A DNA stretch of 63,684 nt, filler included, from 3 parts of 3 records of this genome joined end to end with filler, not necessarily neighbours in it, one strand, 5' to 3'. Positions 45,669-56,344 are shown, counted from the whole stretch's first letter. Notes: generated from the sequence alone by a model not told the origin. A program made the numbers and translations.

Positions 45669-46784
45669 ATGAATTTTGTTATATCAAGTGCAACCTTACT
45701 CAAGCATCTCCAAGGAATTTCAGGAGTTCTAAGCACGAGTAACACCTTGCCTATTCTAGATAACTTTCTCTTCGAGATTGCCGAAGGTCGCCTTACTGCG
45801 TCTGCTTCAGATCTTGAAACAACCATGCGTACTTCTATGGAAGTAGAAGCCAAAGAAGGAGGGAAAATCGCTATTCCAGCTAAATTATTGTTGGATGTGT
45901 TGAAAAACCTTCCAGATCAACCATGTACTTTTTTAATCGATGACGAGAATTTCTCAATTGAAATTGCTTACGACAACGGTAAATCAAAAATGGTTGGATA
46001 CAATGGTGATGATTTTCCAAGAACGCCAGGATTAGAAAATTCTAATTCTATTCGTATTTCTGGGAGCATTGTTTCTAACGCCATCAACAAAACACTTTTT
46101 GCAACTGGTGTAGATGATTTACGTCCCGTAATGAGCGGTGTATTTTGTCAATTCTCTCCAGAGAACATTACATTCGTAGCTACCGATGCACACAAATTAG
46201 TTCGTTACACGCGAACAGATTCTCAAGCATCAGGAAGTTCTTCGTTTATTCTTCCAAAGAAGCCTTTGAACTTGTTAAAAACAAATTTGAAGGGTGACGA
46301 AGAAGTTCAATTAGAGTACACTGATTCGAATGCGGTATTCACGTTTAACGACGTTGTACTTATTTGTCGCTTAATTGATGGGAAATACCCAAACTACGAA
46401 GCGGTAATTCCAAAAGAGAATCCAAATGTACTTACGATAGATCGCTTACAGTTTTTAAGCTCTATCAAGCGTGTTAGTATTTTCGCGAACAAAACGACTC
46501 ATCAAATAAAATTAAAACTCGCGGGAGCCGAATTGGCACTTTCAGCGGAAGACATCGACTTTTCAAACGAAGCAAATGAGCGATTGACGTGTAACTATGA
46601 CGGAGACGACATGGAAATCGGGTTTAACTCACGCTTCTTAATGGAAATGTTGAACAATATTGATTCAACGGAGGTTAAACTCGCAATGAGTGAGCCAAGC
46701 AGAGCGGGAATTTTAACGCCTTCTGTATCTGATGAAGATGAAGATATCTTAATGCTCGTGATGCCGGTGATGTTGAATCGCTAG
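45669..46784 (+). CDS. dnaN: DNA polymerase III beta clamp
   Basis: TLPILDNFL, ASDLE, RPVMSGV, VATDAHKL, LIDGKYPNY, IGFNSRFL, LVMPV. Confidence 0.98.
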   Translation: MNFVISSATLLKHLQGISGVLSTSNTLPILDNFLFEIAEGRLTASASDLETTMRTSMEVEAKEGGKIAIPAKLLLDVLKNLPDQPCTFLIDDENFSIEIAYDNGKSKMVGYNGDDFPRTPGLENSNSIRISGSIVSNAINKTLFATGVDDLRPVMSGVFCQFSPENITFVATDAHKLVRYTRTDSQASGSSSFILPKKPLNLLKTNLKGDEEVQLEYTDSNAVFTFNDVVLICRLIDGKYPNYEAVIPKENPNVLTIDRLQFLSSIKRVSIFANKTTHQIKLKLAGAELALSAEDIDFSNEANERLTCNYDGDDMEIGFNSRFLMEMLNNIDSTEVKLAMSEPSRAGILTPSVSDEDEDILMLVMPVMLNR

Positions 46785-46810
46785 GAACGAAGAAATTAAG
46801 TCAACCAATA

Positions 46811-46840
46811 AAGTCTGTCGGAAACGATGGACTTTTTTTT
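46811..46840 (+). terminator. intrinsic terminator
   Basis: AGTCTGTCG-GAAA-CGATGGACT followed by a T run. Confidence 0.75.
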
Positions 46841-46843
46841 GTC

Positions 46844-49312
46844 CTAAAAATCTTCCGTTTTCCTTTCTCTACGACGGAAGTAAATAGCATCGATATACAC
46901 GAGTAACTTAGCCGAGATGCTATTGATTTGCGGTCGCTCGAATAATGTGTCGAAAGTGTCGAAATAACTAGGAAGAAGTTCTGATTGAGAAGCGAAAATA
47001 TTGTTTTTATAGACCACTCGAATTTCACTTCCAGGGAAAAACACCCATCGGTAATTGACATCTAATGTGAAAGCATTAAAACTTGTGTTGTGCGCAGAAC
47101 TTCCGTCATTTTGTAGTGGATAATAATCACTGCTTTCGAGCACACCTTTATCATGTAAGGAAACAAAATAAGAATAATCCACTTGTTGCCAATAGTGACG
47201 TAACTCAAGACCGACACCCATGCGTTTCGTGAAAATATACTCCATGTTGAGTGAATTTTCTACAATCTCTCGATTTCGAACACCAAGTATTAGATCATCG
47301 GAAAAATTATTATCTAAAATTCGAACATAGCCAAAGTCATGAATGATAAAGTCCAACGTACTTTGCCAAACAACAAAAACACGGTCAGACAGTCGAACTC
47401 TAGGGCTCAATGTTAGACTCACTCCTTTCTGTGCAGAATTAAAGAATTGTTTGTAGGAAGTTCGCACATCCAACGCAACTCTTTTACTATAATCACTCGA
47501 AATAAAACCACCGATTGTAAAATTCTCGTCGAATCGAACTTCCTTTCCAAATTTTCGTGATTCAAAGTGATCTACTTCCCCAAATGGGTTGACGTTTCCG
47601 TTTACTCCAAGTGTTAAGAAATTCTTAAGTGTTCCTGTGGCATCCCAACCAATATTTGCATACGAAAACAAACGCGGTTTGTACAGTTCTTCATAATATG
47701 CGCCCACACCTCCCCATTTTCGTAAAAAGTGCTTCCCAGGCGTGAAGTCATTAAAGCTTGCGTAAGCGGCATAATACCGAGAATTGTTATTGTACAAAAA
47801 GCCTAAATCATTCGGATCATAATTATCCGATTCTTCGCCGTATTCAATATTGTATCTGAAAGTACCACTTACCTTTTCAAAATTCTGATACGTTGAATGA
47901 CCAATATCTGCCTTCCCGTTCATGAAAATTGAGGAGATTTTTACGGTAGAAGTAACGCTGTATTTTCTATCAGCAGAAAACAGATTTGCTTGTCCAACAG
48001 TAACATTTGCATCCGGATCATTCCCTTGACGCATAACATTTGTATTCACAAGAGAAACAGTGCTATTATTTTTAAGCGATTGAGAAAGTACGAACACATT
48101 GTAATTCGTTAAACTATGTGTTTGAATACTTCGAGTATTCCCTATACTATCACGAATTTCTGCGAAGGCTTCACCTTCAATTGCGTTAAAAACACCGATT
48201 CCGAGTCCGCTGTTTGTTCTTCCCGAAACTTTCGTAGCATTCAGTAAAGGTGCAATGGATGGATTACTCACCATTTCCTCTCCTTTCGAATCATCTAGCT
48301 CATCGTAGGCATCATTAAAATGATATGGTTTCGCACCAATTCGCCTTGAATAGAAGACACTTCCGATGCTAAATAAATCCGTTCCTTCCAGAAAAAATGG
48401 TCTATTCTCTGCGAATTGAACTTCAAAAGGACCAAGATTCAGAATCTGACGATCAGAGACCGTTTGTCCAAAATCGGGAATGAGCGTCATGTCGAGCGTA
48501 AACGCGTCATTTAACCCATATTTCAAATCGAGCCCACCGTTTATGCGTTGTCGCCATTCTTTCTCATTCGTTAAATTATTGGTGTAATTCTCCAAATACC
48601 CTGTAACATAAGGCGTTAAAGATAAACGCAAGGGCGATTTTACCTTTTCTATTCCAACCAACTTTCCAGCTTGTGTAATGTCGCCAAAAATTGTTGGATC
48701 AATAGGATTCCAGTAGGATTCTTCCCGATTTCTGCGCACACTTCTCGAAAGGTTAATATTCCATTCTTGAACATTTTTATTCGGGAATCGAATTGCAGAA
48801 AACGGAATTCTCATTTCAAAAGACCAACCGTCATCTCTTCGTTGAGTTGCGCTTTTCCAAACGGAATTCCATGAAATATCTATGTCATTTTGAAATTCCA
48901 TCGCGTCCCATTCAACACCCGCAGAAGTCACTAGAAAACTAAAAGCATTAACATTGTTCGCGTAAGGATCGATTGTAATTCCAAACCAATCAGCATTGCC
49001 GGTATCATCTCGCTGTGAAAGCGTATAACTCACAGAATCTGGGGAATGATCGTATAAAATACCACCGATGTAAATCGCATCATTATCATAATACAAATAT
49101 ACCTTGGAAGGGAACGCTGAAGGTTCTCCGGCATTTGGATATCGTACGGTAAAATTATCAGCCAATTCAGCCTCAGCCCATTGTGGCTCTGTTAGTTCAC
49201 CGTCTATTTTTGCTTCAGAATTTGACTGTTTGATGTGGTAAACCCGTTGCCCGAAAGAACATCCAATAGTGAGGAAGATTACAAGGGGCAGTATGAGAAA
49301 TCCATTTTTCAA
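46844..49312 (-). CDS. CBM9-like plus DUF5916 protein
   Basis: IDGELTEPQW, WSFEMRIPFSAIRF, GLDLKYG, PDFGQ, ENRPFFLEG, FYSRRIG. Confidence 0.88.
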   Translation of the reverse strand: MKNGFLILPLVIFLTIGCSFGQRVYHIKQSNSEAKIDGELTEPQWAEAELADNFTVRYPNAGEPSAFPSKVYLYYDNDAIYIGGILYDHSPDSVSYTLSQRDDTGNADWFGITIDPYANNVNAFSFLVTSAGVEWDAMEFQNDIDISWNSVWKSATQRRDDGWSFEMRIPFSAIRFPNKNVQEWNINLSRSVRRNREESYWNPIDPTIFGDITQAGKLVGIEKVKSPLRLSLTPYVTGYLENYTNNLTNEKEWRQRINGGLDLKYGLNDAFTLDMTLIPDFGQTVSDRQILNLGPFEVQFAENRPFFLEGTDLFSIGSVFYSRRIGAKPYHFNDAYDELDDSKGEEMVSNPSIAPLLNATKVSGRTNSGLGIGVFNAIEGEAFAEIRDSIGNTRSIQTHSLTNYNVFVLSQSLKNNSTVSLVNTNVMRQGNDPDANVTVGQANLFSADRKYSVTSTVKISSIFMNGKADIGHSTYQNFEKVSGTFRYNIEYGEESDNYDPNDLGFLYNNNSRYYAAYASFNDFTPGKHFLRKWGGVGAYYEELYKPRLFSYANIGWDATGTLKNFLTLGVNGNVNPFGEVDHFESRKFGKEVRFDENFTIGGFISSDYSKRVALDVRTSYKQFFNSAQKGVSLTLSPRVRLSDRVFVVWQSTLDFIIHDFGYVRILDNNFSDDLILGVRNREIVENSLNMEYIFTKRMGVGLELRHYWQQVDYSYFVSLHDKGVLESSDYYPLQNDGSSAHNTSFNAFTLDVNYRWVFFPGSEIRVVYKNNIFASQSELLPSYFDTFDTLFERPQINSISAKLLVYIDAIYFRRRERKTEDF

Positions 49313-49461
49313 AAGTAGAAGAAGTAGCGAAAATAGTGAATGACGCTTTCTTTGAAGGGAATTGCAGAGTATTTTATGACTTTTTAAGAAAATAAACTTT
49401 GAAAAATGCGATCTGCCAGAGAATTAAAAGGTCAGAATTGAGCTACAAATACACAAACATC

Positions 49462-49561
49462 NNNNNNNNNNNNNNNNNNNNNNNNNNNNNNNNNNNNNNN
49501 NNNNNTTAATTAATTAANNNNNNNNNNNNNNNNNNNNNNNNNNNNNNNNNNNNNNNNNNNN
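49462..49561. other. artificial contig spacer N44-TTAATTAATTAA-N44
   Basis: Same linker as at 26788. Confidence 0.98.
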
Positions 49562-49981
49562 AGCGATATGTATTGGGCGGAAGATAGAGTGGGCGCAGAG
49601 CGAATGAAAGGTGCCTATGCGTATAAAACTCTTCTAGAAAAATCAGGAAAAATTGCTTTAGGAACAGATTTTCCTGTAGAAAATGTAAACCCAATGTACA
49701 CTTTTTACGCTGCTGTTGCTCGAAAAGATTTAAAAAATTATCCTGAGAATGGTTTTCAGATGGCGGGTGCTTTAACACGTGAAGAAGCATTACGCGGAAT
49801 GACTATTTGGGCTGCGTATGCCAATTTTGAAGAAAATGAAAAAGGAAGTATTGAAGTAGGAAAGTTTGCAGATTTTACCATTCTGGATAAAGACATTATG
49901 AAGGTTGATGAAAGTGAAATTCCGAATACAAAAGTAATTGCAACGTTCATTAATGGTGAAAAAGTCTATGAAAAAGAATAA
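49562..49981 (+). CDS. amidohydrolase-3 (YtcJ-like), 5'-truncated
   Basis: GTDFPVE, EALRGMTIWAAY, KGSIEVGKFADF. Confidence 0.9.
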   Translation, partial: SDMYWAEDRVGAERMKGAYAYKTLLEKSGKIALGTDFPVENVNPMYTFYAAVARKDLKNYPENGFQMAGALTREEALRGMTIWAAYANFEENEKGSIEVGKFADFTILDKDIMKVDESEIPNTKVIATFINGEKVYEKE

Positions 49982-50475
49982 TGGAAGAAATTCTAAAACA
50001 ACTTCCACAGCAAGCAAAAGAAGCTGAAAACGAGAATAAAAAGTTTTTTGCGAAGCTAAAGAAACGTCCGCCCAAACATTTAGACACTTTAATGCAAGAT
50101 TTGCATGACGAAGAGTTTACAAAAACGGATTGTTTAACCTGTGCTAATTGCTGTAAAACCACGGGACCACTTTTTACCGATAAAGATGTGGAGCGAATTT
50201 CCAAACATTTTCGGATGAAACCACAGCAGTTTATTGAAAATTATTTGCGAATCGATGAAGATAAAGACTATGTTTTGCAAAGCGTTCCATGCACTTTTTT
50301 GGGAGCAGACAATCTGTGTAGTATTTATGAAGTTCGTCCGAAAGCCTGCCGCGAATTTCCACATACCGATCGTAAAAAGTTTCAACAGATTTCAAACCTT
50401 ACACTAAAGAATGTTGCTATTTGTCCAGCGGCGTTCAATATAGTAGAAGAAATGAAACGACTTTTGAATAAGTAG
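49981..50475 (+). CDS. YkgJ family Cys-cluster protein
   Basis: CLTCANCC, CTFL..CSIYEVRPKACREFP. Confidence 0.9.
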   Translation: MEEILKQLPQQAKEAENENKKFFAKLKKRPPKHLDTLMQDLHDEEFTKTDCLTCANCCKTTGPLFTDKDVERISKHFRMKPQQFIENYLRIDEDKDYVLQSVPCTFLGADNLCSIYEVRPKACREFPHTDRKKFQQISNLTLKNVAICPAAFNIVEEMKRLLNK

Positions 50476-50544
50476 TAGTTGGAAGTTGCAGTGCCCTGTT
50501 GAGGTGGGCAATTAAGAACTGCATACTGCATACTGCCATTTTTT

Positions 50545-51822
50545 TTAAGGATAAAGTAAATATTTCTCCCTAGTTTTCTGGAATTCTGAAAGCCCTTCTT
50601 TCCAAGAATCTCGAATTTCTTCAGCTGATACACCTTGCTCAATTTGTTGTTGCAATTTTTCTGTTCCAGCAAGTTTCACAAAAAATGAATTGAAAAAATC
50701 TTTCTTTTTTCCGTTTGCATTGTACGCATCAATTAGCCATTCTAAATTTAACTTGTTCAATCTCGGCTCGTTTCGAAGGTCTTTTCCTTGGCAAAGTTGT
50801 CCTTTAAATTTTGGACTTTTAGAACCTTCGTTAGATTCTGGGGTATATTGAAAAGGATACTTTGAAGCTGGCAAATTGGGCGCGCCAAAAATCTGAAATT
50901 GCATTTCTGTTCCACGACCGGCGTTTATAAAGGTTCCTTCAAAAAAACAAAGGCTCGGATAGAGGTTTATAGACTTATCGTTCGGTAAATTAGGCGATGG
51001 TTTTATTGGTAATGCGTATTGAGTTTTATGTGTGTAATTTTGCATTTCAATCACCGTTAGCTTGCATTTCACTTTGTTTTTTAACCAAGCTTCGCCATTT
51101 ATCATTGTTGCGTATTCGCCAATCGTCATGCCATGAACCACAGGAATTGGATGCATTCCCACAAAACTTTGGTTTTTAGGCTCCATAATGGGGCCGTCAA
51201 TATAATGTCCGTTAGGGTTCGGGCGGTCGAAAACAATTACTGGAATTCCTATCTCGGCGCAAGCTTCCATTACGTAATGTAGTGTAGAAATATAAGTGTA
51301 AAACCGAGCACCGACGTCCTGAATATCAAAAACAACAACATCAATTCCTTTTAATTGTTCATGGGAAGGTTTTTTATTGCTTCCGTAAAGTGAAATTAAA
51401 GGCACGCCCGTTTTTGCATCAACACCATCTTTTACGTGTTCGCCAGCATCTGCAGTGCCACGAAAACCGTGTTCTGGCGCGAAAACTTTTGTAACGGAAA
51501 CTTTATTTAACAAAAGATAATCCACTAAGTGCATTGGCATTTTAAATTTTTTTGCATCTTCTTCAGCAGGGTCATTTGCTTTTTTTAAAGTTACTTCAGA
51601 AGTCTGATTGGCAACAACACCAACATTTTTACCTTTTAACATTTCAGAATAAAGGTGAAATTGTTCCGCTCCTACGATGATTTGCGCGTCTCGAGTCTTG
51701 ACTTTTGCTTCTTGCTTCTCTTTTCTCACTTCACTTTGTTCTTTTTTTTCTGTAGAACTTCCACAGGAAAAAATGGTTAAAACAACCAATAAAACTGTAT
51801 TTTTGAAAAAAGTAAAGCCCAT
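50545..51822 (-). CDS. namZ: exo-beta-N-acetylmuramidase (DUF1343)
   Basis: FAPEHGFRG, FDIQDVGARFYTY, DRPNP, HGMTIGE, PSPNLP; lipoprotein-like start MGFTFFKN..IFSC. Confidence 0.9.
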   Translation of the reverse strand: MGFTFFKNTVLLVVLTIFSCGSSTEKKEQSEVRKEKQEAKVKTRDAQIIVGAEQFHLYSEMLKGKNVGVVANQTSEVTLKKANDPAEEDAKKFKMPMHLVDYLLLNKVSVTKVFAPEHGFRGTADAGEHVKDGVDAKTGVPLISLYGSNKKPSHEQLKGIDVVVFDIQDVGARFYTYISTLHYVMEACAEIGIPVIVFDRPNPNGHYIDGPIMEPKNQSFVGMHPIPVVHGMTIGEYATMINGEAWLKNKVKCKLTVIEMQNYTHKTQYALPIKPSPNLPNDKSINLYPSLCFFEGTFINAGRGTEMQFQIFGAPNLPASKYPFQYTPESNEGSKSPKFKGQLCQGKDLRNEPRLNKLNLEWLIDAYNANGKKKDFFNSFFVKLAGTEKLQQQIEQGVSAEEIRDSWKEGLSEFQKTREKYLLYP

Positions 51823-51831
51823 AAAACTCAC

Positions 51832-53067
51832 GTGAATTTCGAATTTTTCATCGCCCGGCGCATCATTGCTTCCAAGGACTATAAAAGTAGTATTTCGGCA
51901 CCGATAATAAAAATTGCAATTACAGCAATTGCAATTGGAATTGTTATGATGTTGATTTCCATTGCTGCTGGCGTTGGACTTCAAAATAAAATTCGTGAAA
52001 AAGTTTCTGCTTTCAATGGCGATATCATTATCACCAATTTTGACACTAATTTTTCCAACGATTCACAAAACCCGATTTCAAAAAATCAAGAATTTTATCC
52101 TTCATTCAAAAACATTGAAGGTATAAAACACGTACAAGTTTCTGCTTCAAAAGGAGGTATAATCCGTACTGAAACCGATTTTGAAGGCGTTGTGGTAAAA
52201 GGAGTTGGCGCAGATTATAACTGGGAATATTTCAAGGATTATTTAGTTGATGGAAAACTGCCAGATTTTATGGGCGATTTGAATCAAGATATTTTAATTT
52301 CAGAATACCTTGCAAATCGGTTACACTTTAAAGTTGGTGATAAAGTAACTACCTTCTATTTAAACGATGAAGTTTCCAAAACACCGCGAAGCCGAGGTTT
52401 TAATATTGTAGGAATTTACAATAGCGGTTTTCAACAATTTGATGAGCAATTTATTATTACAGACATTCGTCACATTCAGCGATTGAACAAGTGGGAAGAC
52501 GACCAAATTGGTGCTTTTGAAGTTTTTGTAAATGATTTTGATGATATAATCCCAATCGGAAATGCGGTGTATAATGAAACGGGTAGCACGCTAGATACCC
52601 AAACCATTAGAACAAAATACGCTTCTATTTTTGAGTGGCTCGATCTTTTCGACTTCAATATTATTATGATAATTGGCATCATGATTTTGGTAGCTGGCAT
52701 CAATATGATTACAGCACTTTTGGTACTTATTTTAGAACGTACCCAAATGATTGGCATTTTAAAAGCTTTGGGAAGCAGCGATTGGAGCGTGCGCAAAGTA
52801 TTTTTATACAATGCGATGTATTTAATTGGGGTAGGGCTTTTCTGGGGAAATTTGATAGGGATTGGTTTGTTGTTAATTCAGAAATACGGAAAACTTTTCC
52901 CATTAAATCCAGACACTTACTATGTAAATGAAGCCCCTGTTTATTTGAGTTTCGATTATATTTTAATCCTAAATGCAGGAACATTTTTACTTTGTCTTAT
53001 CATGCTTTTGATTCCTTCATTTATTATTTCTAAAATTTCTCCAGTGAAGGCAATAAGGTTTGACTAA
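51832..53067 (+). CDS. LolC/E-FtsX family ABC permease
   Basis: FFIARR, ILERTQMIGILKALG, PVKAIRF. Confidence 0.9.
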   Translation: MNFEFFIARRIIASKDYKSSISAPIIKIAITAIAIGIVMMLISIAAGVGLQNKIREKVSAFNGDIIITNFDTNFSNDSQNPISKNQEFYPSFKNIEGIKHVQVSASKGGIIRTETDFEGVVVKGVGADYNWEYFKDYLVDGKLPDFMGDLNQDILISEYLANRLHFKVGDKVTTFYLNDEVSKTPRSRGFNIVGIYNSGFQQFDEQFIITDIRHIQRLNKWEDDQIGAFEVFVNDFDDIIPIGNAVYNETGSTLDTQTIRTKYASIFEWLDLFDFNIIMIIGIMILVAGINMITALLVLILERTQMIGILKALGSSDWSVRKVFLYNAMYLIGVGLFWGNLIGIGLLLIQKYGKLFPLNPDTYYVNEAPVYLSFDYILILNAGTFLLCLIMLLIPSFIISKISPVKAIRFD

Positions 53068-53092
53068 CCATTGACAAACCCATTGGCTTTTG

Positions 53093-53100
53093 TACCTTTG
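53093..53100 (+). promoter_or_regulatory. Bacteroidota -7 element
   Basis: TACCTTTG 17 nt upstream of ATG 53118. Confidence 0.7.
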
Positions 53101-53117
53101 CACTTCTAAAAATAGGT

Positions 53118-54476
53118 ATGGAATACGCAGAAAATATATTAGGCACCATCGGCAACACGCCAATGGTAAAAATTAATAAAATAATTGGGGATATTCCCGC
53201 TTTGGTGCTCGCCAAATACGAAACTTTTAATCCAGGAAATTCTGTAAAAGACCGTATGGCAGTAAAAATGATTGAAGATGCTGAAGCTAATGGAAGCTTA
53301 AAACCAGGTGGAACAATTATAGAAGGAACTTCTGGTAATACTGGAATGGGACTTGCACTTGCTGCAATCGTGAAGGGCTATAAAATGATTTGTGTAATTA
53401 GCGACAAACAAAGTAAGGAGAAGATTGATATTCTGAAAGCCGTTGGCAGTAAAGTGATTGTTTGCCCCACGAATGTTTCCCCGGAAGATCCACGAAGTTA
53501 TTATTCCACTTCAAAACGACTTTCCGAAGAAACGCCGAATAGCTGGTATGTAAACCAATATGATAACCCTAGCAATGCAAAAGCACATTATGAAAGTACA
53601 GGTCCAGAAATCTGGAAACAGACTGATGGCAAAGTAACGCATTTTGTGGTTGGCGTTGGTACTGGTGGAACCATTAGCGGTGTGGGAAAATATTTAAAAG
53701 AACAAAACCCAAATATTAAAATTTGGGGAATTGATACTTACGGAAGTGTTTTCAAGAAATATCACGAAACGGGAATTTTTGATGAAAATGAAATCTACCC
53801 ATACATTACAGAAGGAATAGGCGAAGATATTCTTCCGAAGAATGTAGATTTTAGTGTAATTGATGGCTTTACAAAAGTGACTGACAAAGACGCTGCAATC
53901 TACACGCAGAAACTTGCAAAAATGGAAGGTTTCTTTTTAGGAAATTCTGCAGGTGCTGCAATTAAAGGATTGCTTCAGTTGAAAGATAATTTCACCAAAG
54001 ACGATGTTGTAGTTGTTCTTTTTCACGATCATGGAAGTCGTTATGTAGGTAAAATGTATAATGACGAATGGATGCGCGAACGTGGTTTTGTTGAAGATGT
54101 GGCTAAAAATGCTTCCGATTTAATAAAAGAACATCAAGACAAACCATTAATTACTGTAAAAACCGAAGAGCTTGTTGGTCATGCCATTGAGCGCATGAAA
54201 AAATACAATATTTCCCAGATTCCTGTAGAAGACACTACTGGGTTTGTAGGTGCTTTAGACGAAACTGATTTGCTTCGAAAATATTTAGAAAACAAAAATG
54301 TGGCAGATCTTCCTATAAAAGAAGTGATGCATAAACCTTTTCCAATAGTTAAAGAAAGCACACCAATTGAAGAAATTTCAAAACTAATTCACAAAGAAAA
54401 TAATGCCGTTTTAGTAGATTTAGGAGCTGGTAATTTTAGTATAATAACAAAGCACGATATCATTAGAGCGTTGTAG
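53118..54476 (+). CDS. cystathionine beta-synthase family PLP enzyme with CBS domains
   Basis: NPGNSVKDR, TSGNTG, GTGGT, EGIG; C-terminal CBS pair. Confidence 0.92.
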   Translation: MEYAENILGTIGNTPMVKINKIIGDIPALVLAKYETFNPGNSVKDRMAVKMIEDAEANGSLKPGGTIIEGTSGNTGMGLALAAIVKGYKMICVISDKQSKEKIDILKAVGSKVIVCPTNVSPEDPRSYYSTSKRLSEETPNSWYVNQYDNPSNAKAHYESTGPEIWKQTDGKVTHFVVGVGTGGTISGVGKYLKEQNPNIKIWGIDTYGSVFKKYHETGIFDENEIYPYITEGIGEDILPKNVDFSVIDGFTKVTDKDAAIYTQKLAKMEGFFLGNSAGAAIKGLLQLKDNFTKDDVVVVLFHDHGSRYVGKMYNDEWMRERGFVEDVAKNASDLIKEHQDKPLITVKTEELVGHAIERMKKYNISQIPVEDTTGFVGALDETDLLRKYLENKNVADLPIKEVMHKPFPIVKESTPIEEISKLIHKENNAVLVDLGAGNFSIITKHDIIRAL

Positions 54477-54498
54477 TTTACTTTTTGAATAGTAAAAT

Positions 54499-54535
54499 AA
54501 AACCCCGCTTCATTATAAATGGAGCGGGATTTTTA
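54499..54535 (+). terminator. intrinsic terminator
   Basis: CCCGCTTCAT-tataa-ATGGAGCGGG followed by ATTTTT. Confidence 0.8.
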
Positions 54536-54551
54536 TTAATTTTAAGCTGAA

Positions 54552-54935
54552 ATGAAAGAAAACACAAAAAAACTATTCAAATTTTTACGCACAAAGCCAG
54601 TGCCAGCTAATACAAATGAAATATTAGCTTTGGAACGCACCAAACTGGCTAATGAGCGCACCTTACTTTCCTATATTCGCTCTTCGCTTTACCTACTTTT
54701 AGGTGGAATTGCAATACTTCAGCTCAAAGATTTTAGAAACATTCATTGGCTTGGGTATGTTGCTCTTGTAGTCTGTATCGTGTTTTTAACTGTTGGAATT
54801 TTTAGGTATGTGCTTTTATACCGTCGTTTGCACAAGTGGAATCGGGTTCTTTTTGTGGATACTATTTCAGAGAAAGTAAGCAAACAAGCTGATAATCAAG
54901 AAAAAGAAGATAAGGAAACAGCAAAATCTGAATAA
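54552..54935 (+). CDS. DUF202 (YidH-like) membrane protein
   Basis: LALERTKLANERTLLSYIRS. Confidence 0.88.
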   Translation: MKENTKKLFKFLRTKPVPANTNEILALERTKLANERTLLSYIRSSLYLLLGGIAILQLKDFRNIHWLGYVALVVCIVFLTVGIFRYVLLYRRLHKWNRVLFVDTISEKVSKQADNQEKEDKETAKSE

Positions 54936-54983
54936 TTCTTCCTACCTTACCTTCTATAAGACTCCCCGTAAAATAGTTGTAAA

Positions 54984-56279
54984 ATGAAAGAGGATTTTCT
55001 GCACTACGTGTGGAAACTTCAGAAATTCGATGTGCGTGAATTTCGAACTTCGAATAATGAAAAACTATACGTAAAGAAACAAGGGAGTCATAATTTTAAC
55101 GCTGGGCCAGATTTTTTTAATTCCCAAATTGATTTGGATGGTCAGTTGTGGGCTGGAAACGTTGAAATTCACATAAAATCTTCCGATTGGTATGCGCACG
55201 GTCACGAGAAAGATGCTGCGTATGATAATGTTATTCTTCATGTAGTTTGGAAACACGATACCGAAATTTATAGAAAAGATGGTACCGTTATCCCAACTTT
55301 AGTTTTAAAAAAACACATTCCGAAAAATACCTTAGAAAAATACCAAAAGCTATTTTCAAAAGAAAAAAAGTGGATTAATTGCGAAAATGATTTTGCTGAA
55401 GTTGATCAATTTATCATTGAAAATTGGTTGGAACGACTTTATTTTGAAAGACTTCAAAAGAAAGAAAAATTGATTTTAAAAGAATTAGAACAATCCCACA
55501 ATCATTGGGAAAGTTTGCTCTTTAGAATGCTTTGTAAAAATTTTGGGTTATATGTAAACGGAGAGTCATTTTATAGTATTGCAAAATCTGTGGCTTTTTC
55601 AGTTGTAAAAAAATGTTGTCAAGAACGTCAAGATATTGAAGCGCTTTTAATGGGGCAGGCTGGTTTTTTAGAAGGAGATAAGGAAGATTGGTACTTTAAA
55701 ACATTAAAAAAGAATTACCAGTTTTTGAAGCATAAGTTTAGTTTGGATAATGAAAATGTAATTACTCCAAAGTTTTTTCGGCTTCGACCACCTAATTTTC
55801 CTACAGTCCGTCTTGCGCAATTTGCAATGCTATATTATAAGCGAGACAATTTATTTTCACAACTTATAGCAGCACAAACACTACCAGATATTTATGAGAT
55901 TTTTAATTTATATGGAAGTGAATATTGGGAAGAACACTACAATTTTGGAGTTTCTTCACTAAAACGCAAAAAGCGAATGACCAATAAATTTGTAGATCTT
56001 TTGGTTATAAACACAATTATACCAGTTAAATTTTGCTATGCGGTACACCAAGGTCGCGACATTACAGAAGAAATTTTAAAACTTGCTTCGGCTGTTTCTT
56101 CGGAAGAAAATACAATTGTAAATAAATTTAATTCACTTAAAAAAGTTTCAAATAACGGATGCAAAAGCCAAGCGTTACTTCAATTGAAAAATGAATATTG
56201 TGATAAAAATTTATGCTTACAATGTGCTGTAGGGAGTTCGATTCTTGTTTGTGATGTAAAAATAAATCAAAAGCTATAA
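54984..56279 (+). CDS. DUF2851 family protein
   Basis: GPDFFN, WAGNVEIH, WYAHGH, VILHVVW, RLRPPNFPT, C-terminal Cys cluster. Confidence 0.88.
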   Translation: MKEDFLHYVWKLQKFDVREFRTSNNEKLYVKKQGSHNFNAGPDFFNSQIDLDGQLWAGNVEIHIKSSDWYAHGHEKDAAYDNVILHVVWKHDTEIYRKDGTVIPTLVLKKHIPKNTLEKYQKLFSKEKKWINCENDFAEVDQFIIENWLERLYFERLQKKEKLILKELEQSHNHWESLLFRMLCKNFGLYVNGESFYSIAKSVAFSVVKKCCQERQDIEALLMGQAGFLEGDKEDWYFKTLKKNYQFLKHKFSLDNENVITPKFFRLRPPNFPTVRLAQFAMLYYKRDNLFSQLIAAQTLPDIYEIFNLYGSEYWEEHYNFGVSSLKRKKRMTNKFVDLLVINTIIPVKFCYAVHQGRDITEEILKLASAVSSEENTIVNKFNSLKKVSNNGCKSQALLQLKNEYCDKNLCLQCAVGSSILVCDVKINQKL

Positions 56280-56344
56280 TGCAATAGTCTAGTATTACTT
56301 TGGTAGATTTTTTTAATTTAAACGAAAAATAGTATTTTGCAGCA

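Noticed and set aside
38804-46784. phoH / DUF62 / ABM / gldFG / dnaN as a novel halogenase or secondary-metabolite cluster
   Set aside because: Common conserved Flavobacteriales neighbourhood; most DUF62 members are SAM hydrolases
51823-51984. N-terminal extension of NamZ in the ORF track
   Set aside because: Overlaps lolC/E antisense; the lipoprotein-type signal begins at 51822
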